Of a DNA stretch of 64,000 bases, positions 1 to 11,386 are shown piece after piece. A program made the translations under genes and the position numbers. The stretch spans positions 195,734,001 to 195,798,000 of the forward strand of contig NC_042998.1 of NCBI RefSeq assembly GCF_006345805.1. Direction: 5' to 3'. Numbering within the stretch: position 1 is the first letter of the stretch; the number at the start of each line of letters is the position of its first letter. This stretch comes from Octopus sinensis. Its lineage: Eukaryota. The notes under the pieces were generated by a model. The model saw only the letters and a list, made by a program, of their open reading frames with translations. It did no database searches and was not told where the DNA came from.

Positions 1-346
1 TGGATCATAGATATAGCATTCCCAGCTGACAACAAGGTATGCGATAAGGAAGAAAGAAAAGTCGAGAGAAATGACAGGTTAGCTTGGGAAGTTAAGCAGT
101 TGTGGTCGATGAAAAAGGTAGCAGTAGTAATTGTCGGAGCCCTGGGAACAGTGAGTATAAATCTTGAGAAGTACATGAACAAATAGGGACTGCAATAAAG
201 GGGAGCACTTGCAGAAAACAGCACTGCTTTGAATGGCTCGAATACTCCGAAAAGTGCTCTAAAAATAAGAGGTGTTATCATAGTTCACTGGTAGTGAACA
301 GCTGACACCGTAGTACATCTCCAGCGTTAGAAACTGTGCAAAGGCA

Positions 347-348
<2 letters not shown>
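1..348 (+). mobile_element. R4/Dong-type non-LTR retrotransposon 3' fragment (restriction-like endonuclease end plus 3' UTR)
   Basis: Frame 1 reads WIIDIAFPADNKVCDKEERKVERNDRLAWEVKQLWSMKKVAVVIVGALG, the ID..P...K..KY..L...W....IV.GALG pattern of RLE-type elements; ends directly in (TAA)n. Confidence 0.8.
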
Positions 349-400
<52 letters not shown>

Positions 401-427
401 TAATAATAATAATAATAATAATAATTA
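349..427. repeat. (TAA)n microsatellite
   Basis: Direct reading; lies between two R4-type fragments. Confidence 0.95.
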
Positions 428-430
428 ATC

Positions 431-885
431 GGCATGAGTATTTCTTGCGATCACAATATAGCGGTGAAAGAATTTGACACGATTAGTAAATATAAAGACT
501 TGTTAATAGAAATTGAAAAAAATGTGGCATCTCAAGGCGACTACAGTACCAGTGATTGTAGGATCTCTAGGAATGATAAAAAAAAGGTACTGAAACTTAT
601 TTGAAAATGATACCAGGCTTACCATCCCTACAGGAAGTGCAAAAATTCGTGTTAACTAGAACGGCTCATGTATTGAAAAGAGCATTATCGCTGTGAAAAC
701 AAAATCCATCCATGAATTTATTTATTTATTAATTTTTAAATACATATTTTACCTGTGAATTTGTGTGTGTAATCTGGGAATGCATACAATGAGCTTCTCT
801 GTCCTAGGTGTACGGAAAACAACCGGCGAGAAACGGAAGAACATTTGAAGAAAGAAGGGAAAAAAATATAATAATCATAAAGATT
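431..885 (+). mobile_element. R4/Dong-type 3' fragment, second subfamily
   Basis: MSISCDHNIAVKEFDTISKYKDLLIEIEK-(frameshift)-MWHLKATTVPVIVGSLGM...TAHVLKRALS plus 3' UTR; close copy at 2762-3188. Confidence 0.8.
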
Positions 886-1767
886 GTAATTTTGGCAGAG
901 GGCTATCGATTTTGAGGAGAGAAGGGAAATCGTGTACAATCGACCACAGTACATGACTGGTACTTATATTATCGATGCCGAACAGAAGGGATAAAAAGCA
1001 AAGTTGATCTCGGTGAGGTTTGAAATCAGAACATAAAAAAAAAACGGAAAATGTCATTATTAATAATTTTGTCCGATGCACTAACATTTAGGATCGGTTG
1101 AGCACCGGATATAATGCAACGGTGTACTTAGTTACGTTCCTAAACACATAACTATCGCACAATCACATCGCAAGATTTCGTTATGTTTGAGGTTCTATGG
1201 CCTAGAAAAGAAATCAATAACAAGCGTCTTTACAACGTCACATTTTCTTTCTCTTCTTTCAGCTTCTAATTCCGAAGTCTTCTGCCACGTCTTAATTATT
1301 CTAATTGCTAATTACTCTACAAATTACTAAAAGTTTATCACTTCTATCAACGCAACATTTTAATTTTATTTGATGTATTTTTCCAGCAGGTGATTAATTA
1401 GTGCAGAAGATAAATACTAATCAGCTAATCTCCTCTTGCCTTCGACTTCAGCGGCCAACAGTGGGGAGGGTCTCATACGTGGTCGCTTATCTATTTATTT
1501 ATTTTGAGATGGTAAGGTACGATTTCATGAAGATTTGACTTCCATCTCTAGCAATTAATGCGTCCGCTTGGAATGACCCTATTTTGATTCGTTTGCATTG
1601 AAGCTGCTGTTGTTGTTGTTGTTGTTGTTTCTACTGCCAAACAGAGGGGTCCATGTAGTCGACTCGCCCCGTCCCACAAAATTTCAGGCCTCGTGCTTAT
1701 TGAGCACTGGGGTCGATGTTATCGACTAACCTCCATTCGCACCCCAAAAGTTCCAGACCTTGTGCCT

Positions 1768-2175
1768 ATAGGAGTGGCTGTGTGGTAAATAGCTTGCTTA
1801 CCATACACATGGTTCTGGGTTCAGTCCCACTGCGTGGAACCTTGGGCAAGTGTCTTCTACTTAGCCTCAGGCCGAAAAAAGCCTTGTGAGTGGATTTGGT
1901 AGACGGAAACTGAAAGAAGCTCGTCGTATGTATGTATGTATGTATGTATGTATGTATGTATGTATGTATGTATGTGTCTGTGTTTGTCCCCCCAACATCG
2001 CTTGACAACCGATGGTGGTGTGTTTACGTCCCCGTAACTTAGCGCTTCGGCAAAAGAGACCGATAGAAAGGATAAGTACTAGGCTTCCAAAGAATAAATC
2101 CTGGGTTCGATTTACTCGACTAAAGGCGGTGCTCCAGCATGGCCGCAGTCAAATGACTGAAACAAGTAAAGAGAG
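1768..2175 (+). mobile_element. SINE family A (tRNA-derived head, CORE-like centre)
   Basis: A-box TGGCTGTGTGG, B-box GGTTCAGTCCC, CORE-like CCTTGGGCAAGTG, internal TATG tract, tail ending GAAACAAGTAAAGAG; over 15 full or partial copies in the window. Confidence 0.85.
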
Positions 2176-2585
2176 TATAGTTGAAATAATTTTTGTTGCT
2201 GTTGTTGTTGTTGTTGTTGATTAGCCCTAGGCCAGACCTGACGAAGGGGACACTATTGTGGAAGTCACGCCAATCAATGGCAACCCATCTTACATCGGGA
2301 ATAACAACTAATTCTCAGTCAAATCGTAATTTCCAAATGGAATTGTTCTGAAAGGCACTTCTTTGGTCGTGGGCCTCCTGCATCACGGGATTAAAGAACG
2401 ACAACAATAACAACAACGCTAATGACGATTCATTTTCCTGGTACGGATTCATGTGATGAGTTATCGCTTGCGATAATTAATCTATTAACCATCTTACTAA
2501 TGAATTAATTAATGTTTATGTTATTCTCTACAGGAGCGGTACCCTTTGGGTAAAATCACATGCTCTAAGTCAGACATGTCTAAAT

Positions 2586-2635
<50 letters not shown>

Positions 2636-2690
2636 CAACAACAACACAACAACAACAACAACAACAACAACAATAATAATAATAATAATT
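2586..2690. repeat. Compound microsatellite (GCA)n-(ACA)n-(ATA)n
   Basis: Direct reading. Confidence 0.95.
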
Positions 2691-2761
2691 AATTCTTTTT
2701 ATTGGCCACAAGGGCTGACACACATGATTAGAAAACATAAAGGGACAAAACAGGACGACAG

Positions 2762-3188
2762 GTTACCTTGTGATCACAATATAGCGGCGAAAGAATTTGA
2801 CAAGATCAGTAAATATAAAGACCTGCTAATAGAAATTGGAAAAAAATATGGCATTTCAAGGCGACTACAAAACCAGTGATTGTAGGATCTCTAGGAATGA
2901 TTTTAAAAAAAAAGGTACTGAAACCCGTTTGAAAATAATACCAGGCTTACCATCCCTACAGGAAGTGCAAAAATCGTGTTAACTGGAACGGCTCATGTAC
3001 TGAGAAGAGCATTATCGCTGCGAAAACAACATCCATTCTTGAATTTATTTATTCATTAATTTTTTTAAATACATATTTTACCTGTGAATTTGTGTGTGTA
3101 ATCTGGGAATGCATACAATGAGCTTCTCTGCCCTAGGTGTACGGAAAACACTCGGCGAGAAACGGAAGAAAATTTGAAGAAAGAAGGA
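2762..3188 (+). mobile_element. R4/Dong-type 3' fragment, near-copy of 431-885
   Basis: Same RLE C-terminus and 3' UTR; followed by (TAA)n at about 3189-3232. Confidence 0.8.
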
Positions 3189-3232
3189 ATAATAATAATA
3201 ATAATAATATAATAATAATAATAATAATAATA

Positions 3233-3570
3233 ACCAGATATAGTTGTCAAAGATCATGAAGAAAAAAAATGCTTTCTAATTGATGTATCAATACCGGCAA
3301 ATGACAACGTGTCTCTAAAAGAAATGGAGAAACTTTCAAAATACAAAGAACTGGAAATGGAGGTAACCAGAATGTGGAATCTAAAAACAGAAACAATTCC
3401 TATCATAGTAGGTGCATTAGGCATGATAAAAAAATATTCAGACAAATACATAGCAAAAACACCAGGACTTACAAACACATATAACATACAGAAAATTGCA
3501 CTACTAGGCACTGCACACATCCTACGCAGAACACTTTCCATACAATAACCATCAGAGCATCACAACAAAT
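3233..3570 (+). mobile_element. R4/Dong-type 3' fragment, third subfamily
   Basis: PDIVVKDHEEKKCFLIDVSIPANDNVSLKEMEKLSKYKELEMEVTRMWNLKTETIPIIVGALG, with PD..D RLE catalytic motif; starts right after (TAA)n. Confidence 0.85.
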
Positions 3571-3574
3571 CCAA

Positions 3575-4795
3575 GGAGGTCGAGGCCTGATCCAATTTGA
3601 ACTAGCTTACAAAACAACCACAATTGGACTGGCCAAATATCTCGAAATATCGAATGACTGGATGCTAAAGCTCGTGGAAAATCACGAGAGACGAAAGAAG
3701 CTCCATTCTATCATAAAGGAAAGCAAAAAATTTGCTATTGATCTCGTGCAGGATACCCAAACTGAACAACCCGGGGGAAGTACGGCAACTATTGTTGCAA
3801 AGAAGGTGAAAATGATAGCAATGAAAAAAGCGCACGAGCAATTGGCTAATAGGTGGGAGGAGAAACCTCTGCACGGCAAATATGTGACCCGCAGCAAACA
3901 AGCTGATGTTGACCAGAAGCAAACCCATCAGTGGCTACGGAGCTCAGGGCTAAAAGCAGAGAGCGAAAGTTTCATCCTGGCTGCTCAAGATCAAAGCTTA
4001 TTAACCCGGAACTACCAGGCCAATGTGATGAAAAATGGAGCAGACCCAAAATGCCGATTCTGCAACGACATGATTGAAACAGTGGACCACCTAATCTCTG
4101 GATGTAAAGTCTTAGCACCAGTGGAGTATAAATTAAGACATGACAGAGTTGGCCAATATCTCCACTGGCTAATAAGTCGGCATTACAATATCAAAAACTG
4201 CCGACAAGTGGTATAATCACCACCCTGAGGCTGTAACTGAAGGAGAAAAATGTAACCATTCTGTGGGACTTCCAGTACATACAGACCGAACCATCAAGGT
4301 CAATAAACCAGATATTGTTGTGAAAGACCAAAACAATAAAGTTTGCTTATTGATCGACATGAGCATCCCCTGTGATCATAATATCTCAGCGAAGAGTTTG
4401 ACAAACTCAGAAAATATAAAGACCTACTCGTTGAAATTGAGAAAATGTGGCATCTCAAGGCGGTGGTTACAATACCAGTGATCGTAGGAGCACTAGGAAT
4501 GATCAAGAAGGGAACCGAAAATTATATGAGAATGATCCCTGGCTTACCATCCCTGCAAGAAGTGCAAAAGATTGTCTAACTGGTACATCACACGTATTGA
4601 GAAGAGCATTGTCGATGTGAGAACTGTTGCTGCTCATGTATTTTAATTTAACTTAAAAAAAAAATTTAAAAATGAACGAACTACTGAGTTGGTTTAATGG
4701 CCTACCAATGTATACTATGAGTTTCTTTGCCTAGGAGTCGGGAAGATACTCGGCAAGAAATGGAAGCAAATTTGAAAGAAGAAGAAAAAAAAAGT
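3575..4795 (+). mobile_element. R4/Dong-type 3' fragment (post-RT region, CCHC finger, RLE)
   Basis: ORF 3662-4216 has WLRSSGLKAESESFILAAQDQ, CRFC..ETVDHLISGC and RHDRV; ORF 4263-4481 has NKPDIVVKD..LIDMSIP; frameshifted; ends in (TAA)n at about 4796-4820. Confidence 0.9.
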
Positions 4796-5474
4796 AATAA
4801 TAATAATAATAATGATAATAATAGTTTTATTTATCACTAAAAACACATTGGGGACGGTATACTGGAATGTTCATTGTTCGGAACGAATCCAAAAAATGTA
4901 GACTTAATAAAATTACTGCAATAATTCGCTGGAATTTTTGCAAGAGTTTTGGTTTTGCATGCAATAGAAAAGAGCTTTGAATATTTTGCGAGAAGAGAAG
5001 TGTGAATCGTCTAAAACGATGAAATAAGATTCTTACTGATATTTTCGTATACAAATTGGAAGAAGAATGGAACAAAACAGGCTGCGTATTGTAGTTGTTG
5101 ATAAGCAGGAAAGACTACGAGTTGCAATAAGCGTTCAACGCCCATTTGATATGAGTTAAAACAATGAGAAAAGAGAGATAGCCGAGCAATATTTTCACTC
5201 CGGCAGGGCAGAAGACCTGTTTTCTTGGTTCGCTAAGAATTTTTCTGCAAATTCTTGGATAAAAAGTGAGAACAGATAGGATGTGCTATGAAAGTTTTTT
5301 TTTTATACTGAAGGCACAAAAATACTCTTCGACCGAAGTTGGGAGTTGTTTCGATAAGAGACATAATTAAACTTTTAACTACACCAACACCGTGAAACAG
5401 GCAGATGAAAAGATAGATAGTAATGCTATCTTTAAGCCACACTAACCGTACTAACACCTCTGTTGCTGCTGCTG

Positions 5475-5872
5475 CTGTGTTTGTTTGTTTGTTTGTTGAG
5501 CGAAGCGGTCGTCGCCCCAGAGCTCGCAAGATCTCACCTCTGTAGTGGGAGAAGTCCGAAACGTGGTCCTTTGCTATTCGTAAGACCCGCAGAAGAGAAA
5601 GCAGGTCAACCCCCGACACTGAGAGCATCGACGGATGGATGAATGAGCATCCAGGCTCAGCGGTTGCGTAGGAAGTCGGGGACAAGAAACAGGAAGAAAG
5701 AGTGAGAGAAAGTAGGGGGAAAGGGTACAACAGGGGTTGCCACCACCCTCTGCCAGAGCCTTGTGTTAGGTGTTTTCGCTCAATAAACACACACAACGCC
5801 CGGTCTGGGAATCGAAACCGCGATCCTCAGACCGCGAGTCCGCTGCCCTAACCATTGGGCCATTGCACCTCC
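5475..5872 (-). mobile_element. SINE family E (tRNA-derived) with an atypical 3' module
   Basis: Minus-strand head GGAGGTGCAATGGCCCAATGGTTAGGGC...GGTTTCGATTCCC (A/B boxes), same body as 8112-8350 and 29255-29552, (CAAA)n tail. Confidence 0.8.
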
Positions 5873-5874
5873 GT

Positions 5875-5925
<51 letters not shown>

Positions 5926-6404
5926 GGACAGACAGATGGCCTTTTGAAAGAGAACCTGTGTCAGTGAATTCCTCTTTCGATCCATTCTTATCTATCTCCC
6001 CGCCAGTATTATATTTTGTTTTTCCTACTTTCAGGCGTCGGTTAAACGAAGCAAAGTGTGTGTGTGTGTGTTCTAAACAATTTTTTATGTATGATATAAT
6101 CTACTATAATAATGCTCTTGTGTTTTTCTCCGTCACATGTGAATGAGAAAGGAAGGGATGATAGATGAATGAAGAAGGAAAGAAGGAAGGAAGGAAGGGG
6201 TAAGGGTAAACTGGTAGTGGGTATATGTGTGAGTATATGTGTGTATATGTAAAAAGGAGGTACGTGAACGTGTGTGTGTTTGTGCGCGCGCGAGAGTTTG
6301 TATGTCGTATGGTATGTATGCAAAGCCTGTAAATGAAACAGATCAGGGAAACTGATCTCAATCAGAATATCCCAGCAAGAATACTCAGTTGTTCGATCAA
6401 TCGA

Positions 6405-6660
6405 TCTACCAAGTCTCCTGTGAAAGTACGTCTGGTCTCGGGGGAAATATTACCTTAAAATAGAAAAGAGTAAGGGTTGGCCACAGGAAGGGCATCCGGC
6501 CATCGAAAATGTATCTCAACGAATTCCTTCCGACCCATGCAGGCGCGGAAAGTTGGACGTTAAAACGACGACGACGACGATAGCGATGATGACGACGATA
6601 ATGATGATGATCATGATCATGATGACGACGATGATGGTGATGAGAATGATGATCATGATG
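6405..6660 (+). mobile_element. Family D-related SINE/LINE-tail repeat
   Basis: GGTTGGCCACAGGAAGGGCATCCGGCC motif, CCCATGC...GGACGTTAAA end, then (GAC/GAT)n tail. Confidence 0.65.
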
Positions 6661-7451
6661 TCTATGGCTATTCTTGCTATACATAAAATAAATGTCTAAC
6701 ATCTTAAAATTATTGCATATCTACGAATGGCGTGGAACAATTCTTTTGCCCGTGTCTGTTGAAACAGAATCTCTGTATACAGAAAATTATAAAGGAAGTA
6801 GCAGTGTGTTGCGAGAAATTCGAGGCCTGGTGCAAATTTACTGCATCTAGCTTCCTTTCATAGTTGAGTAACAAATTATTAAAGATGGCGCCAGCGATCG
6901 TCTGCTCTGGCGTTCAACCATGGATGAACGCCTGAGAAAGGAAAATAAGGCATTCATTTTTTAAAAAAACATTTAAAAAAAAACAATAAGTCATGAGAAG
7001 TTACACAAAATATTATTAGTATCAGATAAAAGATATCTTTCTGCAGGCAAGACTGTGTGATAAGAAATTTGCTTCCTTCCCACAACGTTCTGGGTTCAAT
7101 CCCCTTGCATGCACCTTGGGCAAGTGTGGTTTTTTCCGGACCAACCGAATCTTTGGATTTCGTAGACAAAAATAATCTATTTTAATTAACTTAACTTTAA
7201 TGATTTTTTAAAAATCAGTCTTCGAAAATTAATAGAACGGGTTGTACAAACGATGTGGACATCTCTGATGAGAATTCGACAAGGTTAAAATATCGATTTT
7301 TTTTTTCAATCTTTAGGAAAATAGTTAAATTTGTGCTATTCGTATTCCTTACTGCTCAGGTTTAGATTTAGAGACTGATAGAATTAAGTCTGAGACTTAA
7401 AAAATAAAAACAACAACCAATATGCCAGACCGGTGATATTAAATATAATCG

Positions 7452-7580
7452 TGGCATTCCGTCGGTTACGACGACGAGGGTTCCAGTTGATCCGATCAAC
7501 GGAACAGCCTGCTTGTGAAATTAACGTATAAGTGGCTGAATATTCCGTACACGCACGTACTCTTAACGTAATTCTCAGAG
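7452..7580 (-). mobile_element. SINE family C 3' tail
   Basis: Reverse complement of the tail seen at 9040-9110 and 18170-18240. Confidence 0.7.
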
Positions 7581-7589
7581 TGTGACAAG

Positions 7590-7755
7590 GCTAGAAAGTT
7601 GTGGTGAAGGAGTACAAAAGGGATCGCTACCACCCCCTGCCGGAGCCACGTGGAGCTTTAGATGTTTACGCTCTATAAATACTCACAACGAGCGGTCTGG
7701 GAATCGAAACCGCGATCCTACGACACGAGTTCGCTGCCCTAACCACTGGGCTTCC
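7590..7755 (-). mobile_element. SINE family E, 5' part
   Basis: GGGAATCGAAACCGCGATCC and CCCTAACCACTGGGC match the family E head in reverse. Confidence 0.7.
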
Positions 7756-8111
7756 ACATTATATAAAGTATTAAACAAGTGTATTATGTAAATTAGTAGC
7801 AGCAGATCACTATTGTTACTGGATTTGTTGGGTGTATAAACAAAATGGTTGCTTATTTCTCTAAGGTTGGAAAAAATGATGTAGGCATCTCTAATGAGAA
7901 CCCAGTAAGGCTCGACAAAACATGAAGGTTGTTCATCAACAGAGATGATAAGTTTGCTATGCTTGTATTTCTATTGCATAGGTTTATTTATATACCAATC
8001 ATTGAAATCGGAAGATCAAATGTCGTCCACCAAAACAGCATAAATTAGGAAAATGTCGTCAGCCATTAGAGCATAAATTAGGAAAATGTCAACCATAAGA
8101 GCATGAATAGT

Positions 8112-8350
8112 GGAGGCACAATGGCCCAATGGTTAGGGCAGGGGACTCGCGGTCGGAGGATCGCGGTTTCGATTCCCAGACCGGGCGTTGTGTGTGTTTA
8201 TTGAGCGAAAACACCTAAAGCTCTACGAGGCTCCTGCAGGATGGGTAGCGACCCCTGTTGTACTCTTTCGCCCCAACTTTCTCTCACTCTTTCTTCCTGT
8301 TTCTTGAGTAACGCTGGGGGGTGGGGGACACATACGCCATAGAAACCGCA
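8112..8350 (+). mobile_element. SINE family E, internally deleted
   Basis: Head nearly identical to the reverse complement of 5780-5872; V-domain part is missing. Confidence 0.75.
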
Positions 8351-8578
8351 TAAATAAAAAAAGAAAGAGCATGAATTAGGAAATTCTCGATTGCACATAT
8401 GTTTTAGGCGCAGACATGGCTGTGTGGTTCGCTTTGTAACACATGGTTTTGGGTTCAATTCCATTGCGCGGTTCCTAAATGTGGTGCCTTCTACCAATAA
8501 CCCCGAGCCGACGAACGCTTTGTAAGAAAATTTGGTAGGCAGAAACTATGGGGAAGCCCATCATATAAACATATTCAT

Positions 8579-8620
<42 letters not shown>

Positions 8621-8631
8621 TTGACCTCCGG

Positions 8632-9110
8632 GCGAAGGCGCGTGGCGTAGTGGTTAGGGTATATTCGAATCGTGATTCCAAGGTCGTGAGTTCGATTTCC
8701 AGCGACATGTGTCCTTGAGCAAGACACTTTATTTCACGTTGCTCCAGTCCCACTCACCTGGCAAAAAAGGATTTGTACTTGTAATTCAAAGGGCCAGCTT
8801 TGTTACATCCTGCGTCACACTGAATCACTCGTGTAGCTGGTGGAAGGGGGGGGGGGCACTTTTAAAGGGGCACCACCTTTGGGTCTGTTGTAGGCAATAT
8901 GTTTTTTTATGGGGGCCGAGGGCGGCAAACGGAAGGGCCGCCCCGAACGACACACACTCTAGCTACCCTAGTACGCTGAATCTCCCTGCAAACTACATTA
9001 AGGGTACGTTCGTGTATGGAGTACTCAGCCACTTACACGTTAATTTCATGAGCAGGCTGTTCCGTTGATCGGATCAACAGAATAGTCGTCGCCGTAACCG
9101 ACGGAGTACC
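8632..9110 (+). mobile_element. SINE family C (tRNA-derived), interrupted by a MITE
   Basis: GGCGCGTGGCGTAGTGGTTAGGG A-box, GAGTTCGATTTCC B-box, GTGTCCTTGAGCAAGACACTT centre, tail GTCGTCGCCGTAACCGACGGAG. Confidence 0.8.
8826..8973. mobile_element. hAT-type MITE
   Basis: Degenerate TIRs (CACTCGTGTAGCTGG / CTAGCTACCCTAGTA); 8-bp TSD CACTGAAT / CGCTGAAT; same family as 38547-38660. Confidence 0.7.
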
Positions 9111-9326
9111 ACTGTGTATGTGCGTGAGGAAGGGGTCTTCGTGTCTGCATTTGATCCCCACCTCCACCGTTTGCCAGACAGTGTTGGTTTGTTTGCATCC
9201 CCGCAACTAAGACAGAAATAAGTCCGGAGTCGATGTCTTTCCAACTAAAACCCCTTCAAGGCTGTGCTCCAGCATGACCAGACACCAATTCCTGAAACAA
9301 GTAAAAGGTATTCTCTTGAACGTAAA

Positions 9327-9898
9327 GGTGGCGAGCTAGCAGAAACGTTAGCGTGTCGGACGAAATGCTTAGCGGTATTTCGTCTGCCGTTACGTTCTGA
9401 GTTAAAATTCCACCGAGGTCGACTTTGCCTTTCGTCCTTTAAGGGTCAATTAAATAAGTACCAGTTATGCACTGGGGTCGATGTAATCGACTTAATACCT
9501 ATCTATGTCTGTCCTTGTTTGTCCCCTCTATGTTTAGCCCCTTGTGGGTAATAAAGAAATAGGTATTTCATCTGCCGTTACGTTCTGAGTTCAAATTCCG
9601 CCGAGGTCGACTTTGCCTTTCATCCTTTCGGGGTCGATAAATTAAGTACTGGGGTCAATGTAATCGACTTAATCCGTGTGTCTGTCTTTGTTTCTCCTCT
9701 CTGTGTTTAGCCCCTTGTGGGTAGTATGTTCTGAGTTCAAATACCGCCGAGGTCGACTTTGCCTTTCATCCTTTCGGGGTCGATTAAATAAGTACCAGTT
9801 ACGCACCTGGGGTCGATACAATCGACTTAATCCGTGTGTCTGTCCTTGTTTGTCCCCTCTGTGTTCAGCCCCTTGTGAGTCGTAAAGAAATAGGTATT
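9327..9898 (+). mobile_element. SINE family B, head plus tandem monomers (trimer)
   Basis: GGCGAGCTAGCAGAAAC A-box, GAGTTCAAATTCC B-box, centre AGGTCGACTTTGCCTTTCATCCTTTCGGGGTCGAT (recalled as a Nin/Deu-type SINE domain), repeated three times. Confidence 0.85.
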
Positions 9899-10394
9899 CC
9901 CTTGAAGCTAAATAGACCAGCCATTCTTCCCCGATAAAACAATATCCTTCCCCGCCGACTCCACGCCCGCCATCCTTCCGCAACACAGCAGTAGTAAACC
10001 TGTAATTGTAACAAGTCCTCCCACCGCCACCACCCTAATCATTAGCTTGTGCTGTCTCTTCACAACGTAAGAATAATGTGTCATTACAGTCTTACCTTCC
10101 CTCTACCTCCGCAATAATCTTCTCACTGAATCTCACCTCCCACTACTCCTCCTATAGATTAACAGTAGTAACAACCTCCCACCACAGCAGCAGTAAAGTT
10201 CAACCTCTTACATTTGCTACTCCGACAGAAACAGCTACCTCCTACTTCTCCTCTCGCCGTTCGTAGTTCCACCAAGTAACCTTGTTCTTTGATAGTAAAT
10301 TATCGTTTCACCTCACGATACGGAAAGTAACCGCCGCCGTCGCTGCCGCCGCCCGGCTCTTCCATTCACCTCGCTATACGATACGAACCTCTTC

Positions 10395-10409
10395 TTCCTC
10401 TCTCTCTCT

Positions 10410-10440
<31 letters not shown>

Positions 10441-10514
10441 CCTATCTATCTATCTCTTTCTCTCTCTCTCTCTATCTATATATATATATATCTCTCGCTC
10501 TCTCTCTCTCTTTC

Positions 10515-10586
<72 letters not shown>

Positions 10587-10632
10587 ATATATATATCTTT
10601 CTCTCTCTCTCTCCCCCTCTCTCCCTCTCCTT
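10395..10632. repeat. (CT)n/(AT)n compound microsatellite
   Basis: Direct reading. Confidence 0.9.
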
Positions 10633-10998
10633 CATCTTCACCTAAATGACAATATTACAGCATCTTTCTCCTTGCTCCGCGACATTAACCTTCCTGCGAG
10701 GAAAACACGGCTGAATCGCCTCCATTTTGTATCTCTCGGCTATTATTTAGACAAACCTACATAAATGTGCTCCACTTCGATTTTGTTTCTTCGTAACTTC
10801 CAGAATGATGGTTATATCTTTATGAAATTTTCTACAAACATACTTCAAAGAGTGTAGATTTCGATTATATCGGAATTTGTGGTGAAAAATATTTCCCGAG
10901 GGTGGGGTGAGGAGTTTCAGAAAATTCTCACGAGTCGAATTTGTTTCCTCATATCTTTCAGAAAAATGGGTCATTTCTTAATTAAATTTTCTACAAAT

Positions 10999-11386
10999 AC
11001 TCTTTTACTTGTTTCAGTCATTTTGACTGCGGCCATGCTGGAGCACCACCTTTAGTCGAGCAAATCAACCCCGGGACTTATTCTTTGTAAGCCCAGTACT
11101 TATTCTATCGGTCTCTTTTGCCGAACCGCTAAGTGACGGGGACATAAACGCACCAGCATCGGTTGTCAAGCAATGCTAGGGGGACAAACACAGACACACA
11201 AACACACACACATATATAAACATGTATACGACGGGCTTCTTTCAGTTTCCGTCTACCAAATCCACTCACAAGGCTTTGGTTGGCCCGAGGCTATAGTAGA
11301 AGACACTTGCCCAAGGTGCCACGCAGTGGGACTGAACCCGGAACCATGTGGTTGGTAAACAAGCTACTTACCACACAGCCACTCCT
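10999..11386 (-). mobile_element. SINE family A, full length, CpG-intact
   Basis: Reverse complement of 16022-16386. Confidence 0.9.

Noticed and set aside
2524-2556. Micro-exon after TTCTCTACAG
   Set aside because: Acceptor is plausible, but the donor GTAAAA is weak and 16 nt breaks frame.
5560-5620. HDV-like ribozyme in the family E 3' module (UGCU...CGAAUAGCA)
   Set aside because: P2 and a CGAA joiner are suggestive, but P1, P1.1 and P4 cannot be built.
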